From NCBI RefSeq assembly GCF_036321535.1, contig NC_087437.1, positions 32,118,001-32,182,000 on the forward strand: DNA of 64,000 nucleotides, in the 5' to 3' direction. Made by a program: the position numbers and the translations under genes. The notes beneath the pieces are model-generated. The model saw only the letters and a program-made list of their open reading frames with translations. It made no database searches and was not told where the DNA came from. The stretch comes from Camelus dromedarius (lineage: Eukaryota). Shown here one piece after another: positions 14,346 to 26,479 of this stretch (positions within the stretch are counted from its first letter, which is position 1; every line of letters starts with the position of its first letter).

Positions 14346-14512
14346 CTCTGGTTGCTTCCTCTTTGCAGCTACGTGCAAAAGCCGTAGAAGATGGTACTGT
14401 TCTGGTTGTTCCAGCTGAGACATCAAGGCTAGGAGTTCTGTCAGGTGTCTGTTAATTGGCTGAGGCTGCTTATCATACACAGCAGGTAACACCCTCAACA
14501 ACATGACATTAC
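14346..14512 (-). CDS. VEPH1: VEPH1 internal coding exon (167 nt, phase 1-0)
   Basis: Acceptor ttccttcaacag|GT and donor GAG|gtaaaa. Encodes (G)[55 protein letters not shown]; phase fits the previous exon. Confidence 0.95.
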
Positions 14513-16010
14513 CTGTTGAAGGAACAAAAATGGGAATGATGACTTTATCAGCCCATGAGCAATAGAAATACCATTATTATCAGTGCAATAAATTTTGTAC
14601 TTCCTCACATATGAAATAGTACAGACTGATGGCCAAATCGCCTGCTAAAAATGACATGGTACCTTATTCTGAAAAATCACTAAAGGATGATTTAAATAGA
14701 TTCCATAAAAGTGAATATTTTATGATATGATCAGCATTATAATCTAATGAAAAATTTTCCTGAGTAATGCACCATGGGGAAAAGAAAATTTGACAGTAAC
14801 CAGACCACACCCTTGAAAAGGAAACAATTCCGATAAAGAATTCCTGACGAGAAATATTTGGATGCTGTTTAAATGAAAACTAAGCAGTGTTATGAGCATG
14901 AATCTAAATGAAACTGAACAACAACAACAAAAAAGTGCAGAGGAATGTATTCGTGCTCCTAAGAGATATGGAGGCATGATTTAGACAATTGATATATGGA
15001 AACTATTCCTTGTTTTTATGAATAGTTAGAACTAAGTAGCAATGCAAATTTAAATTCCCAATTTCTGTACTATTTCAAGGGAAGTTTAGACTCAGTTTAT
15101 TTGTCACACGTGATTTGCCTCAAAGACCTGTATGGACAACTGGGTTTAAAATATCAGAATCTGAAGAAAAAATATGACAAGCTATGGGACTTATCTGCAA
15201 ACAACATATGGGAAACATCTGCTTATCACTTTATGGTATGGATTTTTCAAAAAATCCTCTCAAGTACTAAAATGTCTCAGAATTTGTTTCTAAGGATTTC
15301 CTGAAAAAGAATTTTCTTGCCTCTCTTTACTTTAAATTTATCTTGGTATATAGAAGACATACAGAGAAAGAATCAAATAAGCAGTGATTACACATATGTG
15401 GAAACTTATTAAATACTGGGGACATGCCTGAATATAAAGGGACATTTAGATATGAGGATTAAGGAAAGAAAGCCAAAATATTTAGAATAACAATGACTAA
15501 ATTTAATGAAAGGGTGATTCTGGATCAAAGTGAATATATTTGGGTGATGATAAATAATGAGAATTGCTTTTTCAGCATATGGCTCATGAAATCAGTCTCA
15601 AACAGATTTTAGTCACATGCCCACAGAGTGCAAGGTATTCAAAATATTCACGGTTTTCATCTTTAAAAATGTGGAAAATATTGTTTTATTTTGTTTGTTT
15701 TCTGTTTATTTTTACTAAGAGCTTTTTCTTAAAAAATCAGGAATTACAAATGTAATGCCTTATCTATACAGGGCCCATTAGCTCAGAGACCTTAGTTATG
15801 TAGACATACTGATCAATTGGGGGAAAGGGTCACAATGAATGGAACTGTCATTAAAATTGAAGACAGGCAACTAGTGCAAGGTTTTTCAGTACAGTGCTCA
15901 TTGAAGGCCTGGGAACTTTGAACGGGGAAAACTCAGGTTAGTCATTTTTAGCTGACTTGACTTTTGATCAAATAACACAAAAATAAATAAAAATTTGGGG
16001 GATATATATA

Positions 16011-16061
16011 TTTTTATTGAAGTATAGTCAGTTTACAATGTTGTGTCAATTTCTGGTGTAC
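16011..16061 (-). mobile_element. ~50-bp L1 3'-terminal stub
   Basis: Reverse complement of the same terminus (acaccagaaattgacaca...ttgtaaactgactatacttcaat). Confidence 0.7.
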
Positions 16062-16870
16062 TTGAATTAGAAACTGATGAAGACACTCGGTGTAGAAATC
16101 CCATAAATTTCATTCATAAGCTAATATGCTCTTTTTAATTATGAAATATTTCAAGCCATTAGACAAATGTAGGCAATAATATAAGGACCACAGGTGTGCC
16201 TACCAACCAGCTTTGTCAAAAGTTAACCTTGTGTCATAAGTGCTTCCCATCCCATTCATTTCCTTTTCTCCCCAGAGGCAGCCACCATCCTGAAGTTGGT
16301 ATTTATCACCTTTATCATTTTACACTTTAATTGCATGTGTTTATATAATAAGCATTTATAGTGTTGTTTTATGTGCTTTAAAATTTCATATCAATAGTAT
16401 CATATTGTCTATATCTCTGTGCAACATAGTTCTCCACCCCCATCAACATTATGTTGAAATTTTATATTTAAGAAGCTCTCCTTCATTTATTCTCACAGCT
16501 GTATGGAATTCCATTGTATAAATATGCAAAAATTTATTCATACACTCTATGGTTGAAAGATTTTTATTATTATTATTATTGTTATGATGTGCTTTCATCA
16601 GTAGTACTGCAATTTTTATACCTATTTCTTTCTGCATAAATGGGAGATACTCCCTTGGGTACTGCTTCTGAGATTAATGTGCTTAGAAATTACCTGGGCA
16701 AACTGTTAAAACACACAGATACTGACTCAGCAGGGCTTGAGAATCTGAATTTCTAACAAGCTCTCAGGTGATGCTGATAGTCTCGAGACCACATAATTAA
16801 GTAGCAAAGCAGTGGGTTTGTCCCTGGGACTTAAGTTTCTAGATGTTCCAAAATTTCTTTGCAACATAGT

Positions 16871-17274
16871 TGTAATAGTTTTCTATAGTTGCCATAAGAA
16901 ATTACCAAAAACTTGTAGCCCCAAATAACTCAAGCTTATTATCTTAAATTTCTATAACACAGAAGCTTGACATGAGTCTCACCAGTCTAAACTCCAGGTA
17001 TTGGAAGGGCTGGGTTACTTCCTGGAGGTTGGAGGAAGGAATCTGTTTTTTGGTTTTTCTAGCTTCTACCCAGCAATCCTTGGTTTGGGGGCTCCTTCCT
17101 CCATTTTCAAAGTCAGCAACATAGCATCTCTCTGACTCCGTTTCCTTCACCATACCTCTTCATCTGAATATCTCTTCTGCCTCTCTTCCACTTTTAAGAA
17201 TCCTTGTGATGACAGCGGGCCCATCTGGGCAAAGATGTGGACATCTTTGGGGGATCATTAGTATGCCTACCACC
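16871..17274 (-). mobile_element. MaLR solo LTR (MLT1B/C-like)
   Basis: tgtaatagttttctatagttgccataagaaattacca...gatgtggacatctttggggg...gcctaccac. Confidence 0.75.
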
Positions 17275-18219
17275 ATGATTATAAGTTTACATACCCACTA
17301 GGAACAAGAGTGTTTCTGTTGCTCTGCATCTTTGCCAACATTTGGTCTTGACAGACACTGGTTTTCGCCAGGCTGATGGGGTGTGAGATGATATCTCATA
17401 TCTTGTTTTAATTTTCATTTCTTTAATTACTTGTGAGACTCAGCATCCTTTTTATATGTTTTCAGGTTATTTCCTCTGCCATGATCTGGCCATTCATATC
17501 CTTTGCCTATTCCGATTGTGATGTCTGTTTTCTTACTGATTCGCAGAAGTTCCTTATTTATTCTGGGCACAGATTTTGGGGTCTATCAGTTTTAAAGTTG
17601 CAATCTTAATGGAGTTGATTTTTAAATTTCTTTACTTCATGGTTTATATATTTTTTGTTATTGAGAAATCTTTCTCTACCCTACGTTCATAAAAATATTC
17701 TCCTATATTTTCTCCTAAAAGCATTATGGCTTTGTTTTTATGTTTGTCTTTAATCCATCTGGACTTTACTTTTGTACATATGAGGAAGGGATCTAACGAT
17801 AACATATATTTGTGTGTATATAAACAAATGTCCCATATCAATTTGAGTGGCCAGTTGTTTCCTTTCTAATCTGTACTACCTCTTTTATATATAAAGTTTT
17901 CCATGCATCTGGGTCTGTTTCTGACTATTTATCATACCTTCACCAATTATACATTTTCCTAATTATAATAACTTACAATAAATCATTATATCTCATAGGG
18001 CAAATTTCTTCATCTTCTACTTCAAATTCCTCTTGGCTCCTTTATATAAATGCTACCATTAGTTTGTTAAGTTCCTTGAAAAACTAGGGTAGGATTTTTT
18101 TTTCACATTGAATATATAGACTAATTTGGGATAACTGACATCTCTGAAACTGAGTTTTCTCATACAAGTACATGATCTATTTTTCTATGTAAGTTTTTAA
18201 TGTCTTTCAAAGTTTTGTG

Positions 18220-18409
18220 ATACTATAAAAATGGATTTTAAAACAGTGTCTGCTGTATATAGCACAGGGAACCGTGTTCAATATCTTGTAATAAACTTTA
18301 ATGAAAAAAATATGAAAATGCATATATTCATGTATATGCATGACTGGGACATTGTGCTGCGCACCAGAAATCTACACATGGTAACTAATGGTACTTCAAT
18401 TAAAAAAAA
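18220..18409 (+). mobile_element. 5'-truncated L1 3' end (artiodactyl-type)
   Basis: tatagcacagggaac...tacttcaatt plus poly(A). TSD AAAGTTTTGTG at 18209-18219 and 18410-18420. Confidence 0.8.
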
Positions 18410-18549
18410 AAAGTTTTGTGGTATTAGCTGTGCCTCATATATCTTTCATTAAATTCATTCTTAGGTATTCCATATTTGTTGTTGCTATTGTAAATGAAAG
18501 TTTTTATTTTTTTAAAGTTATTTTCTATTCATCTGCTGTATTAAGAAAG

Positions 18550-18716
18550 CAACTAGATAAACAAGTTTACACTGTATAGCACAAGGAACTATAATATAGT
18601 AACCTATAATGAAAAATATGAAAACGAATATATGTCTGTATATGTATGACTAATACATTATGCTGTGCACCAGAAATAATTGATGTATTGTAAACTGACT
18701 ATACTTCAATTAAAAA
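18550..18716 (+). mobile_element. Second 5'-truncated L1 3' end of a related subfamily
   Basis: Similar to 18220-18409; ends gtaaactgactatacttcaattaaaa. Confidence 0.75.
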
Positions 18717-21479
18717 TATGTTTCTAAGTATTCACCATAATGTATGTATGTTTCTGTACATTTTTGGTATTCACATTTTATTAGTTTAAGTTCCTGTCTT
18801 TTCCCTAGTTTGAACATGAATGAGTGCTGAATTTTATTAAATGATTTTTCTGTATCTGTTGACATAACCATATGATTTCCTCTTTAAATTGCTAATGTAA
18901 TAAATTAATGAAGTCTAATGTTTAATCAATCTTGTACTCTTGGCATACTCCGAACTCGAATATGATTATTTTTATGAATACACTGCTGGATCCCTTTGGA
19001 TCTAATATTTTATTTAGAGCTTTTGCATCTATATTCCTAAATGAGACTGGCTTACAGTTTTCCTTTCTTGTACTGTCCTTGTCTCTTTTTGGTATCATAT
19101 TTACTAGACATATAAAAAGAATTTAGTGCATTCCTGCACTCTAGTATCAGAGGTAGTTTATATAAAATGGGGATTATGTGTTCCTTGTTTGGTAGAATTT
19201 GCTTATCAAACCTTTTGGGCGATGCTGTATATATTTCATTACATCAAACTTTAAATTATGTAGTTTAAATTTCTGTATCCTTTAGCAGGTTTTTTGGCAT
19301 TTGAATGATCAGTTAAGACAGAAATGGACTTATCAGTTATGAGAAGTATATTAAAATCTCCCTTTATGATTATGGATTTGTTCATTTTCCCTTATAAATT
19401 TGTCAATTTTAGGTATATATTTTTTGAAACTTTGTTATCAGATAATTCTGAGCTATCTTCCTGGTAAAGTGTTTCTTTTATCATAATTATTCTCTTTGCC
19501 TTAAAGTCTATTTTTGGCTGATATTTATATAGCTATGCAACCTTTTTTAAATAGCACTTGTTTGGTATATTCTCTCACCACTTTTAAATTTTGTTTTCAA
19601 GATTTCTAGATTCTTATATTTTATGTGCAACTCTTGTAAGTGACATGTAGTTGAACTTAAAAAATATTTCTATATAACAATCTTTGTCTCTTAACTGGAA
19701 AGTTTGTTTCATTAATATTTATGGTGATTACTGGTATATTTGTTTTTATTTTATGTTATGCTATGCTTTTTATTTCCTTGCTTTGTCTATGCTTTTCTTC
19801 CTTTCTTCACTACTTTCTGTTGAATAAATCAAGCTTTTTTTTTTAAAACTCACTCTATACCTTCTATTTGGACATTTTATTTCCTTTTGGTTTTGGTAGT
19901 TGTCCTTTAAAATATAAACATCCTTGAACTAACAAAGAAAAATCAATTTTGCTATCATTCTGATCAATGAAATGATTTGAGAATACTTTGCTGAATTTAC
20001 AGAGTAGATTTTGGATTATTTTCTTAGACCTTTCTTTCAGTTCCTTAATAGTCTCTTCAGCTTTGCCTAATTTGCCATTTAATCCATTCCTCGAGGTGTT
20101 TTACAATTTCAATTAACTTTTTTTTTAATTCCAGAAATTATATTTGGTTCTTTAAACATATAGGCCTAATCTTTTTCTTTTGACAGTGTCTTTTTCTTTT
20201 TTAATGTTTCCAATTCCCTCTTGTAGATCTTAAATAATTTTAAACACACTTATTTTCTAGCTTCTAGCTGATATTTTAAATAAATGAAATTCTTGAGAGA
20301 GGGGTATCTAATCCCTTTTGGTTTCTGCTGGGTCTCATTTATGGTGGATTGTTTCCTCACATGTTTAAATAAATATATTTAATTAGGTATTTTTACTGTT
20401 ACAGATAGTATTCATTTGAATCTCAAACATGTATAAGGACAGGGCCAAAGTCACAAACTCTTAGAGACTCTGCAGAATTCAATCAAAGAGACATACCTAC
20501 TTCTCACATTCTTGTGCCAGGGCAAAGAGTGGGAGCTATAGCTACTGAAATCCAATCTGTAACTCCCTACTCTGGCCTAAGCCTTCTCCCACATGGCTAT
20601 TAATGCTTGGTTGTTGCAGAACTGATATCCTCTCCCCGACTCCACCTCCCCTCCAGGGGATGCCTAGCACCAGCTCTTAGGCTTATTGGTCTGTTTTGGG
20701 TTCCCTATCTTTGGCCTCTGGATATTTCCCTTACTTTATTGAGAGTATATTTGTACATTTAAAGTTTTTATTATTATTCTAAGGTAAACATATGTCTAGG
20801 TGTTTTGTTCAGGACAGTTTTCAGCTTATGTAGATCTCTATATATTGGCATAAACAAGAATTTCTAAATTTAAAAACATGATCTTTGACTCTAAGCCTAG
20901 TGAAATAATATAATTTCCATATAATACCAGGTTATAAAAAGAAACACGCTTAAAATCAGTTTATTCTTTTCCTCCCAGCTCCTCATTTTAGGTTTACCAG
21001 TTTTTCTGTTTGTTATAAAAAAAAAAAGTATGTTTATAGAAGTACAGTTGCAACTCCAGAAGGATTAAAGATGGGATAATTTGGAATGGACTTGGCTTCT
21101 AGAGCCATACAAATTCTTACTGCGTTGGTTTATCTTGAAATCAGAGTAACCTTTACAGCTTAGACTGTAAAACTATGTACAAAGAAAAAGTGAAAAAAGT
21201 TTTCTATACATAAAGAATTGTGAAATAATGAGAGCCCTCACAAAATGCTGAAATGATGCTCTTGCTTTCATACCTCTGTGCCTGCTGAATTATTTCTCCC
21301 CATAACCCCCCTCCTCTCTCTCTCATCCCTCAGTGCTACCAATTCAAGTTACAACAGCTAATCCTCAGGGGGACAATCCTGGCCCAGTTTCCCCCGTTCT
21401 TTCCCCTCTGACCCTCCTTCAATTAATCTGACTTCAGTGTAAACCTTTGTGGTTTACTATTGTGCAACATCCACGTCTC

Positions 21480-21711
21480 CTTCACCCTCCCCCCCCCAGC
21501 CCCCTCCCCTCACCCAATACAGGGGAACTCCCGTTAACGCGGTGCCACTGGCATTACTCATTCATCCCCATTCAGACTTTCCCCAGTATTTATTGAGGGC
21601 TCTGGGCTCCTGCCTCTCACTCTCACTCTTCTCTGCTCTCCTCTGCTCACTTGAGAGCTTCTTGCCTCGTTCCCTCCCGCCAGCCGTGGGAAGAACTTTG
21701 TCTCTCCAGCA
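21480..21711 (+). promoter_or_regulatory. PTX3: PTX3 proximal promoter and 5' UTR
   Basis: C-rich Sp1/KLF-type boxes at 21485-21515, NF-kB site GGGAACTCCC at 21523-21532, AP-1-like TTACTCA at 21554-21560, TATTTATT at 21587-21594 and pyrimidine-rich initiator-like CTCACTCT repeats near 21616. Consistent with the known NF-kB/AP-1-driven PTX3 promoter. Confidence 0.85.
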
Positions 21712-21841
21712 ATGCATCTCCCTGTGATTCTGTTTTGTGTTCTCTGGTCTGCAGTGTCGGCCGAGAACTCGGATGATTATGAGCTCATGTATGTGAATTT
21801 GGACAACGAAATAGACAATGGACTCCATCCCACTGAGGACC
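21712..21841 (+). CDS. PTX3: PTX3 coding exon 1 (signal peptide and start of N-terminal domain)
   Basis: ATG at 21712 gives MHLPVILFCVLWSAVSAENSDDYELMYVNLDNEIDNGLHPTED, the recognisable PTX3 N-terminus. The exon is 130 nt with donor C|GTAAGT at 21842 (phase 1). Confidence 0.98.
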
Positions 21842-22301
21842 GTAAGTTCATTTTAACTGTTTCTCTGCTAACCCTAATTACATATCCACCTCGTTGGGTC
21901 TAAATGTTTTATATATATATATAGCAGCCAATGAAATAACACCCCCCCCCCCGAAATTAGTTTGTTTTACAAAAGAGAGAAGCACGTTAGGAAAGGGGGA
22001 CGTTTCAAAAAGTTTTTTTCTGTCATACATACTAATGGGTCGAACCATAGGAAATTGCCCATACTCGCCTGTTTTGAGCTCCACGAACGGCAATTTCATG
22101 AAGTTCAACTTAATATATACCTGCGTGGTTTCTGTCATGCTAGCGATATCTACACGTTGTTTTTTTTGGAGGTGTCCTTAATAGGGAAGCGGGTGCTGGG
22201 GACGGGCTGTAACTTGGGACCCCTGAGGGAGGTCGGCTTTTTACAAAGCACACCCAAGGAAGGCCTGGGAGGGTTGGTAACATGTATGTCCCGCTCTCTA
22301 G

Positions 22302-22706
22302 CCACGCCATGCGACTGCAATCGGGAGCACTCCGAGTGGGACAAGCTCTTCATCATGCTGGAGAACTCGCAGATGCGGGAGGGCATGCTGCTGCAGGCCA
22401 CCGACGACGTCTTCCGCGGGGAGTTGCAGAACCTGCGGGCCGAGCTTGGCCGGCTGGCGAGCAGCCTGGGGAGGCCGTGCGCACCGGCGGCCCCCGCAGA
22501 GGCCAGGCTGGCCCGGGCGCTGGACGAGCTGCTGCAGGCGAGCCGCGATGCCGGACGCAGGCTGGCGCGTCTGGAGGAAGCCGGGATGCCGCGGCCGCAG
22601 CAGGAGGAGGGGCGGGCCCTGAGCGCGGTGCTTGAGGAGCTGCGGCGGACGCGGGCGGATCTCCGAGCGGTGCGGGACTGGGCGGCCGGGCGCTGGCTGC
22701 CGGCAG
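22302..22706 (+). CDS. PTX3: PTX3 coding exon 2 (coiled-coil N-terminal domain)
   Basis: Acceptor ctctctag|CC and donor CAG|GTAAGG; 405 nt, phase 1-1. Encodes PTPCDCNREHSEWDKLFIMLENSQMRE...GRWLPA with Cys47, Cys49 and Cys103. Confidence 0.98.
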
Positions 22707-22814
22707 GTAAGGACCCCCGGTCGGGCGGGGAACCCCGCGCGGCTTTGTTCTCGGAGCGCGTGGTGTGGGAAGCCGAATCGATCAACTCTCAAGGGGAGGC
22801 TTTAGTGGGAGGAA

Positions 22815-22880
22815 ACACACACACACAGACACACACACACACAGACACACACACACACAGACACACACACACACACACAC
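22815..22880. repeat. Interrupted (AC)n microsatellite in PTX3 intron 2
   Basis: (AC)6AG(AC)7AG(AC)7AG(AC)10. Confidence 0.97.
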
Positions 22881-25609
22881 CCCCTTCTGCTTCTCCAAGC
22901 ACAATCACAGAGGTCGGACACAACATTTAAGGCGGAAAAATTGCTTTCAAAAGTAGTCTCCAGTACCGAGCAACCCAGAAGATAGCTGTGCACGTAACCA
23001 TCACAGTCTTGAAATACACGTAAAGGGCCCCCGAACTGACACACGATCCGACCAGGCATTGCAGGAGTTCTATTGGCCCGTTATAACCCTGACCTCTCTC
23101 GATGTCCAGCTTCCCTCCGTTAGGGATTTCCACTTCTTCTAATTTTAGCCTGCCTCTCTTTTTAGGGGAGCTCTGGTTCCCCGCACTATTTCAGGGGCCA
23201 GCCTAATTTTTAGGGATGTTTTCCAATCTCTGGGCTGAACCAGAGACTTGAGGCTGAATCTGATCTCCTGAGGGGTGTATCCTCAGCGCTGGTTCTGTGA
23301 AATGAGCGCGAGAGTGGAGGCCCGAGGATGTGAGATTTGGAATAAACCACGAGCAGCTGACGAATCCAAAGTGGGACAGTCAGATGTGAGAGCCAATTGG
23401 TACCTCGGGCCACCCCAGGGATATGGAGGATCAGGGTGAAACAGGACAGAGGCAGTTCAAACCAGATGCAACTTGTCAAAGTCTCCTGTTATGCAAACAC
23501 AAGTGGGCCAAACATAATACATTTCAAAGAAATAAAGGAAAGATTTGGAGTCACATAACACTCCTTTGTAAGTCAAAATTTCTAAGAAATAATGATGTAA
23601 CTATCATTTGTCGGTTGTATTAGAAAATCTGTGTCCTAGATAAGAAAATATAACTTACACTTTTCCTGAGCATCCTTTGAACAGAAAGCAATTACAAATA
23701 GTGCCATCCTTTCTTATATGTCCAATAAAACAACTCTTATTGGATGGGGTAGGAGAAAGAATCAAGCATGTTTCATTTAAACATGAGAGCACGTTTCATT
23801 TAAAATTGCAGTAAGCATACCAGAATATCATATTTGTCTTCCCTAAATATTTGAGGATGGTTTATCAGTACAGAGCATTTAAAAAATATATATTAAATAG
23901 GGCTTCAGAGGGGGAAAACCCCTAAAAACAAATATACAATAGATCCTCAATGTAAGTGGCAAGAAGACAAATTATAATTCTTTGGCTGTTTTAATGGATG
24001 GAATTTCTTGTCTTTTGCAAACAACATAGAATCATTGTGCATATCACATACCAGAAAAACTGAAGAATTACACTAATTTTCACCTTTACCTCTGTATACT
24101 AGCTAGAGCAGAAGAGGAATGTTATTTCTGAATTTTAAAATGTTAATTTCTTATTACATCCACATTAGTTTTACCCACATGCTTTGATTTCTCCTCTCTT
24201 GGTTTCCTGCCAGCTTGGCTCCTAAGGGATTCCTAATCATTCTGTTGTCGGCCTCTTAAGAACCTGGTTTTAATTCTGCTTGGTCTTTGATAATATAATC
24301 AGAAAAACCTATTAGTTAAAAGCCATTTCATGAGAGAGTTTCTGACATTTTAAAGACATATCAAGGGCCTCAATCACTGGCCTCCAAAAGATGCCACAAA
24401 AAAACCTGCCAGCATGCAGTTCCACTCCATGAACTCACATAACCAGTGCAGCCTACTGGGGAAGCTGGTTCTCTAATCAAGGAAGCAATCAAGGAAGGCT
24501 TTGGAATGCAATCCTGACTGCCTGGGCTTATTTAAACAGGAAATCAGTTAATTAGATTGCAGTAGGCTCCCTCTCAAACACTACTTTACTGAAACATTAC
24601 AGAGAATATCTCAAATGCCCATGTATATGGTGATCTTTTGTTCCATGATCTTTGATTTAAATAACATAGCTAGAAAAGCATGCACCTATCAATTTCACTT
24701 GAAAAAAGAATGCCTCATTAAAAATTCATTTTTAAAAAATCTTCAGAGATTCAAATTATTCAGTGAAAAAGTTAATACCAAAGTATGATAAGACCAATTT
24801 TGTGCTTCTGTATTAGTTACTATTATAGGGTTTTCTGAATTTCAATATCTTCTTTGACTATTTCTAAAGGATAAAGACCACATCTACTTAATTTGGGGGG
24901 GATGGAAACTGGCCCTCAGCCACTTGCAGGTGGTTAACTTAGTTTACCACACTTTGCATGGACATTTGGTTCCTGCAAGTTCCGTCTATTCACCAGTTAG
25001 TCTTTAAATGCTCTGACAGTTTACTTTTTAAAGCAGTGTCTACCTAGCCCTAACTTAGGTTTTAAACATTCTTTCTTCATCTAGTCTTTTATACATATAT
25101 GAGGTTAGAATAAAGCAGAGTTCACCTGTCAAAGGTTCTAGCACATCCTTTCCCAAAGATACCTAGAAGCTCTTCACTGCAGCATCTCCAGCTCCCTGAT
25201 TGACCATGTGACCTGGAGGTAGACAGAGGCGGGAGTTTACTGAGCTCTCAACCCTCAAGTTTGAAAGTCTCTTAAGTGTGTAATAGCAGAAATGTTCTTC
25301 ATCCAGCCTGTTGGAAGAATTCATTCTTCCTTAAAGGTTTCTGTTATGGCTTAAATAGTATTTATAAGCATGTGGATAATGTGAGAATTTTTAAGCATAT
25401 CTTTGGTCTGCACAGCTCTTCTCAAGTGCTACATAGTTGCTGCTTACCGACTTGGAGAATATTAGGAGGGAAATGGAAGAGACTTTGACAGATAACTGTA
25501 AAGCTTGGAGAGATCGTGGGATTCATAAAAAGCTACACAGCTTACTAGTAATAAACAAACTGAATTCCAGCTCTTTTAGCCAAATCCGGGGGTTCTTCTA
25601 CCATTAAGA

Positions 25610-25865
25610 GGCAATGCAGTGTGCTGGTTAAGGGTGTGGCTTCTGCAGCCAGAGTGCCCAGTTTCAAACCCCAGTTTTACCACTTACCAGCTACGTCAGC
25701 ATAGCCACACTACTTAGCACTCTGTGCCTCAGTTTTTTTTTTTAATCTGTAAAATGGGACTAGTAAGACCACCTCTTAGGGTTGATATGAGGATTAAAAT
25801 GACAAAGGGATTAGAGCAGTATCTGGCACATAGTGAGTACCTGATAAGAGTTAGTCATCATTATT
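25610..25865 (+). mobile_element. MIR in PTX3 intron 2
   Basis: ctctgtgcctcagttt...atctgtaaaatggga...gaggattaaa...ctggcacatagtgagt. Confidence 0.75.
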
Positions 25866-26479
25866 TATATATTGTTGTCTTTCAAAGGTAGTTTTCTACA
25901 AACTTTGCAAAGTTTACAAATATCTGAGAATATGTGATTTATTCAAATGTATTCAGCAACATCCTGACTGTCCTAGAGTTTTGCTGAAAAATACATGTTA
26001 ATGGCCAGATTAGCTGGGCCCAATGAATCTCACAGGTGTTAGTTCTAGGAGCTTGATAAAGTCAATGGGAGGGAAACTAGCTTGGCTTTAAGTTTTTGGA
26101 AATTACAAGTGTCATTATTTGGAGTTAACACATAGTGATTCAACACTTTTTTAAAAAGCTGTAACAAAATAAGCTAGTTGGGAAGGGAAGTAGTTATTAA
26201 AACATGGTTTTCATTATTCTGTGGGTTTGAACGATTTGGCTCCTCTGTGTGCCGCCTTCTCCATTTAGATGCTTCATTGAATGAGACAGTTGGCTTTCCT
26301 TATTCCTGTTTTCTTTGCTCTACAGAGATTGCAATTGGGGCCCCTTAAGTCATAATATGATGCAGCATTAGTTTTCAACTGTAGTCATGTAAAGGCCCAT
26401 GCTAAAATACCTAACTGCCAGAATCACTTTGGAATGAGTTTATATTTACTCTTATATTCTTACTTTCCTGCTACTCTAG

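Larger units (their letters stand above)
16130..20400 (-). mobile_element. Composite degenerate L1M fragments with nested MER5, MLT1 and younger L1 stubs
   Basis: T-rich + strand with antisense L1 phrases (ttttgcatctatattc; ttaaaatctcc...atgattatggatttg). Confidence 0.7.
22180..23100. promoter_or_regulatory. CpG island over PTX3 exon 2 and start of intron 2
   Basis: Visibly high GC content and dense CpG against a CpG-poor background. An exon-2 enhancer/CpG island is described for human PTX3. Boundaries approximate. Confidence 0.8.

Noticed and set aside
22150..22792. 211-aa and 164-aa antisense ORFs over PTX3 exon 2
   Set aside because: Shadow ORFs expected in very GC-rich, stop-poor coding DNA; low-complexity Arg/Ser/Ala content and no recognisable domain.
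21962..22930. 322-aa + strand ORF as a separate gene
   Set aside because: It is PTX3 exon 2 plus in-frame intronic flanks and starts at TTG; the splice sites explain the real coding part.
26434..26479. In-frame ATG upstream of PTX3 exon 3 suggesting a pentraxin-only protein
   Set aside because: It lies in the branch-point/polypyrimidine region of intron 2, with no promoter evidence.
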